Assembly: GCA_017410065.1 (NCBI GenBank)
Contig: JAFQRL010000025.1
Coordinates: forward strand, 18,793 to 82,792
Direction: 5' to 3'
DNA: 64,000 bases
From: Clostridia bacterium
GTDB lineage: Bacteria; Bacillota; Clostridia; Oscillospirales; CAG-272
The translations under genes were made by a program, and so were the position numbers. Below the pieces are notes generated by a model, which saw only the letters and a program-made list of their open reading frames with translations, was not told the DNA's origin and did not search any database. Below are positions 17,783 to 27,635 of this stretch, in pieces; within the stretch, counting starts at the first letter, position 1, and each line of letters begins with the position of its first letter.

Positions 17783-18544
17783 TTATATCACCTTGATGAC
17801 GTTTGAATCAAGTATTTCAACGTATGCGTCGGGGTCAAGCTCCGAGACGACCTCGCAGAAATAATCGGTCACAGGCTGTTCTGTGAAGAAGTGACCCGCC
17901 TCGATGAGATTTATTCCCATTTCAGCCGCCTCCTCCATTACGTTATAGCCGATCCTGCCCGAAATATAGGTGTCTGCGCCCTCGGCGATGGCGGCTGAAA
18001 CGTAGCTTTTTCCGTCTCCGCCAACCACGGCAATGCGCTGAACGGGGTTGCAGGCGTCTGCATATCTTATACTGTCTGCTCCGAGAGCCTGCTTGATCTT
18101 GTAAACGAAGTCCTCAAGCTCGTATTGCTCCTCAAGAGTACCCACTCTGCCGAGAAAATCCTCGCCGAAGGGGGAAGTATTGAAAAGACCTATTCTGTCG
18201 CAGAGGCGATCGTTCACACCGCCCGTCACCTTGTCTGCCCTTGTGTGGAAGGAGAAGACGGAAACGCCGTTTTCAAGAAGCTTTATCACCTTTCTTGCAA
18301 CGTGGTTATCCTCCGTGACAGAGGTGAGGGGCTTGAATATCAGGGGATGATGGGAGATTATCAGATCGAAGTGCTGGAAGATGGCATAGTCCACCACCTC
18401 CTCGGTGACGTCAAGAGCGATGAGCACCCTTTCCACCTCGGTGGAGGTATCGGGGGAGCACATAAGACCGTCGTTATCCCAGGGCTCGGAGAGCGATTTT
18501 GGGATGCGGTCGTCAAATTTTTCGTACATTTCCTTAACGGTCAT
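17783..18544 (-). CDS. Nif3-family dinuclear metal centre protein (YqfO/GTP cyclohydrolase 1 type 2 homolog)
   Basis: ...WDNDGL...ISHHPLIF...HT..D... and a C-terminal GHF.TE motif. Conserved pairing with trmK. Confidence 0.9.
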   Translation of the reverse strand: MTVKEMYEKFDDRIPKSLSEPWDNDGLMCSPDTSTEVERVLIALDVTEEVVDYAIFQHFDLIISHHPLIFKPLTSVTEDNHVARKVIKLLENGVSVFSFHTRADKVTGGVNDRLCDRIGLFNTSPFGEDFLGRVGTLEEQYELEDFVYKIKQALGADSIRYADACNPVQRIAVVGGDGKSYVSAAIAEGADTYISGRIGYNVMEEAAEMGINLIEAGHFFTEQPVTDYFCEVVSELDPDAYVEILDSNVIKVI

Positions 18545-18553
18545 AGCTTTCTC

Positions 18554-19255
18554 CTATGTAAAGTTTTCTATCTGCGTGATAAATGCGTCTATTCTTTCCG
18601 CTACGCTTGCCGCCTCGGGGGAGCTGTCGCCGCCGCGTTGCCTTCCCGCCAGGGCTCTGTGAAGCGAGGTGCTTTTGGTTTTATAATAGCGGAGCATAGA
18701 GTCCTTGCCGTGAAGAGGGGTGCCCGAGAGCGGGAGCTCACATTCAGCCTCGCTCGCAAAGCGGCAGACACCGCTATATTCCGCAACGAGGGTGACGTAA
18801 TCCTTGCCGCTATCGGAGGAATAAGCTTCTGCTATTATAGAAAAGCCCGCGCCGAGAAGATATGCGCGAAGGTGGGCTTGCTTTGACATCGGCTGAAGTA
18901 TGAGCCTTACCTCGGGAGAGGAAAGCTTTGGGGCGCGGGAGATGATATCTGCAATAAGCTCGCCGCCCATACCGCAAACGGTGTAGTCTGTGATACCGAG
19001 GTCCGAAAGCTTCTCTGCTCCGTCTGTGAGGATACATTCTATTTTATCCCCGAGCTCTGCGCGGCTGATATTTTCCTTCGCCTTTTCCAGGGGACCTTTA
19101 TTGATGTCTGTGGCATAGGCGCGTTCTATCACACCCTCCGAGGCTAAAAAAATAGGCAGATAGGCGTGGTCTGTGCCGATATCGGCAAGCACTGCCCTCT
19201 GCCTGACGAACGACGCCGCCGAGCAGAGGCGCCCGTTCAGTTTAGTATCGCTCAT
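18554..19255 (-). CDS. trmK: tRNA (adenine(22)-N1)-methyltransferase
   Basis: ...LADIGTDHAYLPIFL... and GMGGELI motifs. Synteny with nif3. Confidence 0.9.
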   Translation of the reverse strand: MSDTKLNGRLCSAASFVRQRAVLADIGTDHAYLPIFLASEGVIERAYATDINKGPLEKAKENISRAELGDKIECILTDGAEKLSDLGITDYTVCGMGGELIADIISRAPKLSSPEVRLILQPMSKQAHLRAYLLGAGFSIIAEAYSSDSGKDYVTLVAEYSGVCRFASEAECELPLSGTPLHGKDSMLRYYKTKSTSLHRALAGRQRGGDSSPEAASVAERIDAFITQIENFT

Positions 19256-19455
19256 TTCTTGGACTCAAGGAAATCGTTGATCTTTTTAACAAGTGCGTCG
19301 GCGTCTGTGCCGTGAACGAAGCAAGCGTCCTCAATGGACTCGCCTCTGGAGTGGGGACAGCCGAGGCAATGCATACCGATCTCAAAGAAGAACTGCGCGG
19401 TTTCAACGTCGAAATCAAGAATATCGCCGATAAGGGTGTTTTTTGTTACCTTCAT
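19252..19455 (-). CDS. DUF1858 / hybrid-cluster-protein-associated redox disulfide domain protein
   Basis: 67 aa with a MHCLGCPHSRGESIEDAC..HG signature. ATGA overlap with trmK. Confidence 0.75.
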   Translation of the reverse strand: MKVTKNTLIGDILDFDVETAQFFFEIGMHCLGCPHSRGESIEDACFVHGTDADALVKKINDFLESKK

Positions 19456-19648
19456 TTTTATATCCCACCTTTTATTTTATTAACTGTATGGCTTTGCAAG
19501 GCAGTCGTATTTCTGCTTTGCTAAAACATTATACCATATTGAAGGGCAAAAATCAACACTTATCAAAATATTTTAAAACCCTATTTACATTTTTTATTAT
19601 TTGTGGTAAAATATATTGGTATATTTATGTATTACAGGAGAATTTTAA

Positions 19649-20770
19649 ATGATCGTTGCACTTGAGGATGCAAAAAGAAGGCTGGTTGCTCTTGAGGATG
19701 TGCTTTCCGAGCTTAAAAATCAGCTCAGGATAGACGAAGCCAAGGAGAGATGCGCAGATCTTGAAAGAGAGACGCTTGTTGCTGATTTCTGGAACGATGC
19801 GGACACCTCCTCCAAAAAGCTGAGAGAGATAAAGCAGCTTAAGGATAAATATGAAAGCTACGAGGCACTCGTCACCAAGCTTGAGGACACCCTTATGCTT
19901 TGCGAGATGGCTATTGAGGAGAACGACGAGGGCTCGGTCGAGGAGGTCGTTTCCGAAACGGAGTTCATCGAAAACGAGGCTGAAAGGAAGAGGATCGAGG
20001 TCCTTCTTTCGGGTCCCTACGATAAGAATAACGCAATTGTTTCCTTCCACCCGGGAGCAGGCGGCACAGAGGCGCAGGACTGGGCTTCTATGCTATACAG
20101 AATGTATACGAGATGGGGCGAGAAGAGCGGCTTCAACGTTAAGCTTATAGATTGGCTTGACGGAGACGAGGCGGGTCTTAAGTCTGCAACCATTATGGTT
20201 GAGGGCATCAACGCATACGGCTATCTCAAATCCGAGAACGGCGTTCACAGGCTTGTGCGCGTTTCTCCCTTTGATGCCTCGGGCAGACGTCACACCTCCT
20301 TTGCCTCGGTTGAGGTAATGCCCGAATTTGAGGACGACGACACCATCGTGATAAAGGACGAGGATATCGAGGTCACGGCTCACAGATCCTCGGGCGCGGG
20401 CGGTCAGCACATCAATAAGACAGACTCGGCTATCCGTATCGTTCATAAGCCCACGGGCATTGTTGTCGGTTGCCAGACCGAGCGTAGCCAGCTTCAGAAC
20501 AAGGAGACGGCTATGAAGATGCTGAAGGCAAAGCTTATGGAGATCAAGCTCCGCGAGAAGCTTGATAGGATAGAGGATATTCAGGGAAACAAGGCGAATA
20601 TCGAATGGGGCAGCCAGATCCGCTCCTACGTGTTTATGCCCTACACCCTTGCCAAGGACACAAGAACGGGCTATGAGGACGGAAATATCGACTCGGTTAT
20701 GGACGGCGAGATAGACGGCTTTATCAACGCATACCTGAAGCACATCTCCGCAAACCCCGAGGAGCAGTAA
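19649..20770 (+). CDS. prfB: Peptide chain release factor 2 (single uninterrupted ORF)
   Basis: SPF tripeptide (VSPFDA) and GGQ (SGAGGQHINKT) are present. AGGAGA RBS. Confidence 0.95.
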   Translation: MIVALEDAKRRLVALEDVLSELKNQLRIDEAKERCADLERETLVADFWNDADTSSKKLREIKQLKDKYESYEALVTKLEDTLMLCEMAIEENDEGSVEEVVSETEFIENEAERKRIEVLLSGPYDKNNAIVSFHPGAGGTEAQDWASMLYRMYTRWGEKSGFNVKLIDWLDGDEAGLKSATIMVEGINAYGYLKSENGVHRLVRVSPFDASGRRHTSFASVEVMPEFEDDDTIVIKDEDIEVTAHRSSGAGGQHINKTDSAIRIVHKPTGIVVGCQTERSQLQNKETAMKMLKAKLMEIKLREKLDRIEDIQGNKANIEWGSQIRSYVFMPYTLAKDTRTGYEDGNIDSVMDGEIDGFINAYLKHISANPEEQ

Positions 20771-20813
20771 GAAAAATTTCTTCCCGAATTTCTTTGAGAA
20801 TAAAATTTAAATA

Positions 20814-20861
20814 AAAACCGCATTCAAGGCAAGCCAAAACGGTGCTTTGAGTGCGGTTTTT
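20814..20861. terminator. Bidirectional terminator between prfB and the DUF4091 gene
   Basis: AAAACCGCATTCAAGG ... CTTTGAGTGCGGTTTTT. Confidence 0.6.
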
Positions 20862-20869
20862 GTTATGTT

Positions 20870-22576
20870 TTATTTACATATTCCCTTAAGAATAAGCTTA
20901 TTTACTGCTTCGCGTACCTTAAGCATCTCCTCTGCCGAGCGAGCGCAACGCTCGAAGGTTATCTCGTCGCCGAGGGCATCCTCCATTGCGCGGACGACCT
21001 CCTCGTGAGAGAAATATTTTTCGGCAAGCTTCATTGCGCGGAAGTCCTGCATCGCCTCCTCCATAGTGAGGATACGGATGGATTCAAGGGGTGTGCCGTC
21101 GTTATTCGGGTAGACGATAAAGGTGTCTCCCGCAGGTACCCAATCCTCGCCCGAAAGGTCAAGATAGGGGTTGATGGCATCGCCCGAGGCGCGGTTATTA
21201 TAGTAGTTATAGCCCCAATGAAGGAAGCCCTTAACGTCGTATTTATAGAGCTGCATACCGATGGAGCGAGTGCGCCAGGAGGGCATAGCGAGATAGCAAT
21301 TTGAATAGTCAACTACCTGGTTGCAGGCGTAGTAGACCCAAAGATTTTTAACGCCCGCCTCGATAAACGGCATTGCGTGGCAGGTTACGGGCACAGGCTC
21401 CGTTACCGCTCCGATATTATAGAATTCGATATTTGAGAGGGCGTCCATAATCGTGTAACCCTCTAAAAGATCGTCGATATTGGTTTTGATCTTATTGAAG
21501 TGCTCAAGGTCGTCGATACCCGGCTCGTCTGCAATATGGAAGAAGCAACGCTTATCGTCTCCGCGCGCCTTCATATGAGAGAGGAAGGCGGTGATAAGTG
21601 CGCGAAGAAATCTTACGTATTCGGGGTCGTCCGAGAGAGTTTCCCAGCCGAATATCATTTTCTCTTCGCCATCGACCCTCGCATAAACGTGAGCCGAATG
21701 AGCCGCCTTATGCTGATCGTAGAAATGGGATATTTCAAAATACTTTATGCCGATCCTATCGCACATATCGACCCATCTATCCACGTTGTCGAAGCCGAAT
21801 TTATATTCACCGTCCACAACCTCAACGTCAACGAGCTGGCAGTTTTCTCTCTCAAAGGGAGGAAGCACGTTAAGAGCGGGGGTGAGGAGTGTGGTGTAGA
21901 GAACGTTTCTTCCTCTTTTTGCGGCGACCCTTGCGAACTCCTCAACTATCCTCCAATGCTCCTCCGACCAAGCCTTAACGCGATAATAAGAGGCGAGGCA
22001 ATCGGGATAGAACCATTGGGTGTGAAGAAGGGTCTGCTCGGGAAGGCTTGCGGGAATTACGTTAATTTTAACGGTGTTGGTTGAGAGGCACTCGCCCGAG
22101 AAGGAGGCAAAGCCTGTGTCGCCGACTGCGGCACTTGTGAGATAAACCGAGACAGAAAGCTCGGTGCTTCCCGAGAAGCCCTCGGGTACGTCGATCTCAA
22201 GCCAGAGTGAGCGAAGCCTGTCTCTGCCAACGACGATCTTGCCGCCGTATCGCATAGGAGTGAGGATGTCGGGATATATGCCCGAGGAGAGGCGAAGATA
22301 GTTTTTATCCTCCTTGACGCTTGGGTGAGTCGGTCTTTCAACGGGAACGCATCTCACATCCCTCATTCTGACGTGCTCCGCAAGAGAGCCCTCAAGCCTA
22401 ACCTCGCAGAAGGGGCGGATGGGGAGCTGATTCTCCGAGCCCTCGTCAACGTATGCAAATTGAATATTCAGCACCTCGCCGCCAAGCACGTTGATCGAGG
22501 TGAGCGCGTCAAAGGAATCTATCTTATCATCGATAAAGAGCTTTTCCTGACCCGATATCAGCTTTGTTTTAAACAT
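20870..22576 (-). CDS. DUF4091-like putative glycoside hydrolase (paralog A)
   Basis: 568 aa, collinear with the 38119-39813 product (e.g. DRWVDMCDRIGIKYFEISH, GDDKRCFFHIADEP, GFLHWGYN.YN). The family name is from recall. Confidence 0.7.
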   Translation of the reverse strand: MFKTKLISGQEKLFIDDKIDSFDALTSINVLGGEVLNIQFAYVDEGSENQLPIRPFCEVRLEGSLAEHVRMRDVRCVPVERPTHPSVKEDKNYLRLSSGIYPDILTPMRYGGKIVVGRDRLRSLWLEIDVPEGFSGSTELSVSVYLTSAAVGDTGFASFSGECLSTNTVKINVIPASLPEQTLLHTQWFYPDCLASYYRVKAWSEEHWRIVEEFARVAAKRGRNVLYTTLLTPALNVLPPFERENCQLVDVEVVDGEYKFGFDNVDRWVDMCDRIGIKYFEISHFYDQHKAAHSAHVYARVDGEEKMIFGWETLSDDPEYVRFLRALITAFLSHMKARGDDKRCFFHIADEPGIDDLEHFNKIKTNIDDLLEGYTIMDALSNIEFYNIGAVTEPVPVTCHAMPFIEAGVKNLWVYYACNQVVDYSNCYLAMPSWRTRSIGMQLYKYDVKGFLHWGYNYYNNRASGDAINPYLDLSGEDWVPAGDTFIVYPNNDGTPLESIRILTMEEAMQDFRAMKLAEKYFSHEEVVRAMEDALGDEITFERCARSAEEMLKVREAVNKLILKGICK

Positions 22577-22589
22577 TTTCCTTCTCCTT

Positions 22590-22631
22590 ACTTAATGAGT
22601 TTAAATAATTACTTGATGAGTTTAAATAATT
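22590..22631. repeat. 21-bp tandem duplication in the 5' region of DUF4091 paralog A
   Basis: ACTTAATGAGTTTAAATAATT / ACTTGATGAGTTTAAATAATT, with one mismatch. Confidence 0.9.
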
Positions 22632-22688
22632 TACAGTCATAATAAACGCGGTCTCTTTTACGGCAGAGCCCTTCCGAGCGCGAAGGTA

Positions 22689-23351
22689 TCAGTTTCCCGA
22701 AAGAATAAACGAGCGAAGCTCCTCCACGGTGTCTATAAGCCTTGCGGCACCCGCTTCGCGAAGCACCTCGGGCTTGCGGAAGCCCCAGGTCACGGCAACG
22801 GCTCCGTCAAGAGAAGCGGCGATGCCTGTTTTAACGTCCACCTCGGAGTCTCCGATATAGCAGCATTCCTCCCCTTTGACACCGAGCTCGGAAAGTATTC
22901 CGAAAATGCCGTCGGGTGCGGGCTTCAGGGGTATGCCCTCTCTGCCGCCGTGAACAACGTCGAATAAGCCGCCAAAGAAGGTGTCGATTATGGAGCGGGT
23001 TGCAAAGTCGGGCTTATTTGAAAGAACGGCAAGCTTTATTCCCTTCTCCGAAAGCTCGGAGAGAAGCTCGCATATTCCGTCGTATGGTCTTGTGAGGTAA
23101 CTCGGGGCTTCATCGTATGCATCCGAATACTCGCGGTAGAAGGTGGCGAAAAAGTCGGGGTCGTCGATATCTCTTGCGCGGAGCACCTGCCAAATAAGGT
23201 TTTTTGCGCCGTTTCCAACGTAGCCGACTATCTCATCCTCATCCGTGCCCCGAAGCCCGTGTGCCCCAAGGGTGATCTCGATATAATGAGTGATCGTTGT
23301 GATCGTGTTTAAAAGAGTACCGTCAAGATCGAATATACAGCATTTAAACAT
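22689..23351 (-). CDS. HAD-family hydrolase (phosphoglycolate phosphatase-like)
   Basis: Motif I FDLDGTLLNT, motif II SNK and motif IV GDSEVD. Confidence 0.85.
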   Translation of the reverse strand: MFKCCIFDLDGTLLNTITTITHYIEITLGAHGLRGTDEDEIVGYVGNGAKNLIWQVLRARDIDDPDFFATFYREYSDAYDEAPSYLTRPYDGICELLSELSEKGIKLAVLSNKPDFATRSIIDTFFGGLFDVVHGGREGIPLKPAPDGIFGILSELGVKGEECCYIGDSEVDVKTGIAASLDGAVAVTWGFRKPEVLREAGAARLIDTVEELRSFILSGN

Positions 23352-23386
23352 TTGTTTTGTCCTTTTTTGTATATAGTTATTTACAT

Positions 23387-24682
23387 TTAGTCTAATTTGA
23401 GCTTGTCATTTGCAAAATCGTCTATTATTGCCTCAATAATTTTTTCATCAATTTTGCGCTTATTTCCTTTGATCGCAAGCACCATATTTTCGGGCTTGAA
23501 GATCACCCTCGCCGCGTCTCTTATCCGCTCTGGAGTGATGGCGGCATAGACCGCCTGCCTCTCGGGAATGCTCTTATATTCACAGCCCATCATCTGCGTG
23601 TCGTAGGCGAAGGTGTAGCCAAGCTCGCGGGGATCGTCAAGGAGGAGCTCGCCTCCCGAGACGTAGCCGTGCTTCATACATTCATCCTCCGCCATGATGC
23701 GGCGCTTCATATCCGAGAGTATTGCGAGAGTGAGCCTTACAGCCTCGTATAGTGAGCCTCGGCGCACCTCGTAGGTGAAGGCGAAGGTGCCGATATTCTT
23801 ATATTTCTCAACACTTCCCGACACGTCGTAGAACACGCCGCGCTTCTCGGAAAGTTCTATATAAAACCTTGAATTATTGCCGCCGAGCAGGATGTCGTAG
23901 AGAAGGTCGTCCACCCCCGTCGAAAGCCTTGACATATCCATATCAAAGGAGAAGCGGACCATTGTGAAGTCTGCGTTTTTAATATGAGCACGACTGTCGC
24001 GGCGGAAGAACTTTTCGGGGACCTCGGCAATATTTTCGTGAGGCTTGCCGCATCCGAGCGTAACTTCGTCAAGTAGCTTTTTAAGATATTCAAGCTCATC
24101 CTCGCCAAATCTGCCCGAAACGTAGATAAATGCGTTTTCGGGGGTGAATACGCTCTGCCTGTATTCCTCAAGGCGACGGCGGGTTATCGCGCTTATGCCG
24201 CCGAGAGTGCCGAGGATGGTGCGCGAGAGGGGCGTGCCCTCATATACTATTCCTGCTGAAAAGGCGGCGAGGGAGGTGCGGTCGTCCGACTCTCGGATCT
24301 CTGCCTTTATTCTTGCAAGCTCTGCCGAAAACTCCTCGCGGGACAGGGAGATGGGTGAAAAGAGCCTTGCTATGATCTGTGCCATCGTTCGGAAGCCGCG
24401 ATATTCACCCGAGGCGCCGAATTGCATCATTTCGTTGTAGGTCGCCGCGTTCAGCTCAATGGACTCTCTGTCCAGTGTGGCGTAAAGTCCGCCGTCCATA
24501 AGAATATTTACGTTTCTGTAAAGAACGTGCTCAAGAAAATGGGTTATTCCGTTTTCCTCGGGTCGCTCGTAAAGACAGCCCGCCTTAACGTAGAGAGAAA
24601 TATGGCAGGAGTGTATGTCGGGGCTTTTATAGCTATAAATTTTTATGCCGCTTTTTGCGGTGATAACTCTTTGCATTTCCAT
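23387..24682 (-). CDS. M16-family (pitrilysin/insulinase-like) zinc peptidase
   Basis: Inverted zinc motif HFLEH followed by a downstream E. Length ~430 aa. Confidence 0.8.
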   Translation of the reverse strand: MEMQRVITAKSGIKIYSYKSPDIHSCHISLYVKAGCLYERPEENGITHFLEHVLYRNVNILMDGGLYATLDRESIELNAATYNEMMQFGASGEYRGFRTMAQIIARLFSPISLSREEFSAELARIKAEIRESDDRTSLAAFSAGIVYEGTPLSRTILGTLGGISAITRRRLEEYRQSVFTPENAFIYVSGRFGEDELEYLKKLLDEVTLGCGKPHENIAEVPEKFFRRDSRAHIKNADFTMVRFSFDMDMSRLSTGVDDLLYDILLGGNNSRFYIELSEKRGVFYDVSGSVEKYKNIGTFAFTYEVRRGSLYEAVRLTLAILSDMKRRIMAEDECMKHGYVSGGELLLDDPRELGYTFAYDTQMMGCEYKSIPERQAVYAAITPERIRDAARVIFKPENMVLAIKGNKRKIDEKIIEAIIDDFANDKLKLD

Positions 24683-24720
24683 AATTTCTCCCTTCCGCCC
24701 CGAGGGGCTTATTTAATTGA

Positions 24721-27135
24721 TCAAAGCTTTTTGAGCTTTGCGAAGGTTGCCATCAGCTTCTTCTTGCCAACGGTCTCAAACTCCACCTCGTAAAGCACGT
24801 CGCCGCCGAGATCTCTTGCCGAGAGAATAACGCCTCTGCCAAAGCTTGCGTGCTCAACTCTCGTTCCCTCCGCAAGACGGACGATGCCGTATTTTTCGGC
24901 ACCCTTGCGAGGGGCGGGCTTCGGCGAGCCGATATCCGCTCTGCGGCGAAGCTCGGAGAGATCGCTGTTTTCAAAGAAGGGCTCCTGCCTCTGCCTGCGA
25001 TAGAACTCATTCACTCTCGGAGGCTCCTTGCGAGGCATTTCCGCATCTATAAGGGATCTTGGTATTTCCGCGGCAAACCTTGAGAGCTTATTTACGGTGG
25101 TCTTGCCGTACATAAACCTTGTCGCGGTGGAGGTGATATAGAGCTTTTCCTTTGCTCGGGTTATGGCAACGTAGGCAAGGCGGCGTTCCTCGGAGAGCTC
25201 CGAGGGCTCGCCAAAGTTCTGCTGGGAGGGGAAAATTCCCTCCTCCATTCCCGCAATGAACACCACGGGAAATTCAAGACCCTTGGCGGCGTGAATGGTC
25301 ATAAGCACAACGGCATCTGCCGACTCGTCGTATTTGTCAATATCGGTGATGAGGGCTATCTCCTCAAGAAAGCCCTGCGATGTGGGCTCTGTTTCTTCGT
25401 TCAGGCATCTTTGCTCGTATTCAGCCGCGCCGTTGATAAGCTCGGCGATATTTTCCTGCTTGCCTCTGCCCTCAAAGCCCTCCTCGATCAGCATATTGCG
25501 ATAGCCGCTTCGCTCGTAGAGCTCCGTGAGTATCTCGGAGGGAAGCCTTTTCTCCTCGCGGACGGAGTTGATCATACCCGTGAAGGCGGTGAGCCTTTCG
25601 GCATATTTCAGAAGGGCGGTATATTCGCTCGCCCGCTCCATTACCGTGAACATAGAGAGCCCCTCCACCTCGGCGATCCTCTCTATTGCATCAACCGCAA
25701 CCGAGCCGATCTTCCTTTTGGGCTCGTTGATTATTCTCTTGAGCCTTAAGTTATCGTCGGGAGTAGTTACCACGGTGAGATAGGAGACCATATCCTTGAC
25801 CTCCTTGCGGTCGTAGAAGCGCATATCGCCGATAACGCGATAAGGAATTCCGCTCTTTGAGAACACCGTCTGAAGGGATCTGCCTAGGGCATTGGTGCGA
25901 TAAAGAACGGCATAGTCCGAATACTGTCTGCCGCCCACCTTCACACCGTGGGATATCTTATCGAGAATATATCTTCCCTCATCGTCGGCGTTGTCTGCCG
26001 TGTGCATTGAGATATGCTCGCCGCGCTCCTTTGCCGACCAGAGGGATTTCTTGTGCCTGTCCTCGTTATGATCAATAACGCCGTTTGCCGCATCAAGTAT
26101 ATTTGAGGTGGAGCGATAATTCTGCTCCAGCTTGATAACGGTGGCATCGGGGTAGGTCTTATCGAAATTCAGGATATTTTCGATGGTTGCGCCTCGGAAT
26201 TTATATATGCTCTGATCGTCGTCTCCAACGACCATTATATTTTCATAGCCTCCCGAAAGAAGCCTTGTGAGCTGAAATTGCGCGTAGTTTGTGTCCTGAT
26301 ATTCGTCAACTAGCACGTAGCGGAACTTCCTCTGATAGTAATCTCTAACCTCGGAGTCCTCGTTCAACAGCTCCACAGTCTTCATTATTATATCGTCAAA
26401 ATCAACCGCGTTATGCTCGTGCATCTTCTTTTGGTAGTAGCGGTATATCTCCGCCACCTTGCGCCATCTTGGGTCGCCGTCAAGCTCAACCTCGTCGGGG
26501 CCGTGGAGCTTATCCTTTTCGCGGCTGATCATATCCGCCACCGATCTTGGAGGAAGGCTCTTTTCATCTATATTCATAGCCTTCATACAGTCGGAGATCA
26601 TACGCTTTTTATCGTCGGTATCGTATATTGAAAAGCCGTCCTTAAGCCCGACTCGCTCGGCATATTTGCGCAGAATACGCATACACACCGAATGGAAGGT
26701 GCCTGCCCAGATGGAGGAGGAGATGGATTCGTCGCTGAAGCTTTTTGCAAGGCGGTCGCGTATCTCCCCCGCCGCCTTATTGGTGAAGGTTATGGCAAGG
26801 ACCTGCCAGGGTGGGGTGGGGTCTGTGATAAATTGAGGAAGGATATCCTCCTCGATCTCCTCGGGGGTACATTCTATGGCAAGCTCAAGAGCCGAAACAC
26901 CCTCCTCGGTGATCCATTCGGGAACGGAGTCGTCGTGATAGGCGTTGCCGTATTTGATAAGATAGGATATTCGGTTAACGAGCACGGTGGTCTTTCCGCT
27001 TCCCGCACCCGCAAGCACAAGCAGAGGGCCGTGAGCGCAGAACACAGCGCGGCATTGCTCGGGGTTAAGGCTCGCGCCAAAAGCCTTGTCAAATAGGGCT
27101 CGCTTTGCCTTTAGGTATCTTTCCCTGATATCCAT
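24721..27135 (-). CDS. pcrA: ATP-dependent DNA helicase PcrA/UvrD family
   Basis: Walker A AGAGSGKTT, DEYQDT, and helicase motifs through VTRAK. The C-terminal extension is typical of PcrA. Confidence 0.9.
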   Translation of the reverse strand: MDIRERYLKAKRALFDKAFGASLNPEQCRAVFCAHGPLLVLAGAGSGKTTVLVNRISYLIKYGNAYHDDSVPEWITEEGVSALELAIECTPEEIEEDILPQFITDPTPPWQVLAITFTNKAAGEIRDRLAKSFSDESISSSIWAGTFHSVCMRILRKYAERVGLKDGFSIYDTDDKKRMISDCMKAMNIDEKSLPPRSVADMISREKDKLHGPDEVELDGDPRWRKVAEIYRYYQKKMHEHNAVDFDDIIMKTVELLNEDSEVRDYYQRKFRYVLVDEYQDTNYAQFQLTRLLSGGYENIMVVGDDDQSIYKFRGATIENILNFDKTYPDATVIKLEQNYRSTSNILDAANGVIDHNEDRHKKSLWSAKERGEHISMHTADNADDEGRYILDKISHGVKVGGRQYSDYAVLYRTNALGRSLQTVFSKSGIPYRVIGDMRFYDRKEVKDMVSYLTVVTTPDDNLRLKRIINEPKRKIGSVAVDAIERIAEVEGLSMFTVMERASEYTALLKYAERLTAFTGMINSVREEKRLPSEILTELYERSGYRNMLIEEGFEGRGKQENIAELINGAAEYEQRCLNEETEPTSQGFLEEIALITDIDKYDESADAVVLMTIHAAKGLEFPVVFIAGMEEGIFPSQQNFGEPSELSEERRLAYVAITRAKEKLYITSTATRFMYGKTTVNKLSRFAAEIPRSLIDAEMPRKEPPRVNEFYRRQRQEPFFENSDLSELRRRADIGSPKPAPRKGAEKYGIVRLAEGTRVEHASFGRGVILSARDLGGDVLYEVEFETVGKKKLMATFAKLKKL

Positions 27136-27635
27136 TTTTTTCTCCGCTTCCTTTCTTAAGTCTCAATAAATTTTACAGCCAATTTCGTCAAGGATTTATG
27201 CATTTTAAACAATTCGCATTTTTTACGAATATATTTCACATCTGCCTTGTTTGCTTTTCACTTCGAGTGGCGACTCCTTTTCCCTTTCGTGCCCCGATAA
27301 AGTATCCTTTCCCGAAGGAGAAAGGGGAGCTGCCGTCTGCTACGGCAAAAGTTTTCAACATTTCGGGCTGTTGAAAATGTTGAAAACCTCCTGTCGAAAA
27401 AAGGCAGATAATGCCGAACAGGTTAGTTACCGACCCAAGTTTTCAACATTTTATTCCACATTTCAAACAAGCAACGCCAAATCGGGGCTGATTTTTGAAA
27501 AAACTATCCTTTTCCGTTTTTGCTGACCTTTGGCGTTTATTTCGGATATATGGCATTTGTTTGCATATTATCCGCGAAGCCGCCAAAAAGCTTACGGAGC
27601 CGTTCGTAAAAAATTCGACTATCTGCCGAAGTCAG

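Noticed and set aside
19649-19760. Looked for the programmed +1 frameshift site (SD-like element plus CUU UGA C) common in prfB genes.
   Set aside because: The RF2 reading frame is continuous from ATG 19649, with the N-terminal ~30 aa in frame and no in-frame UGA. This is a non-frameshifted prfB, which is a normal variant.
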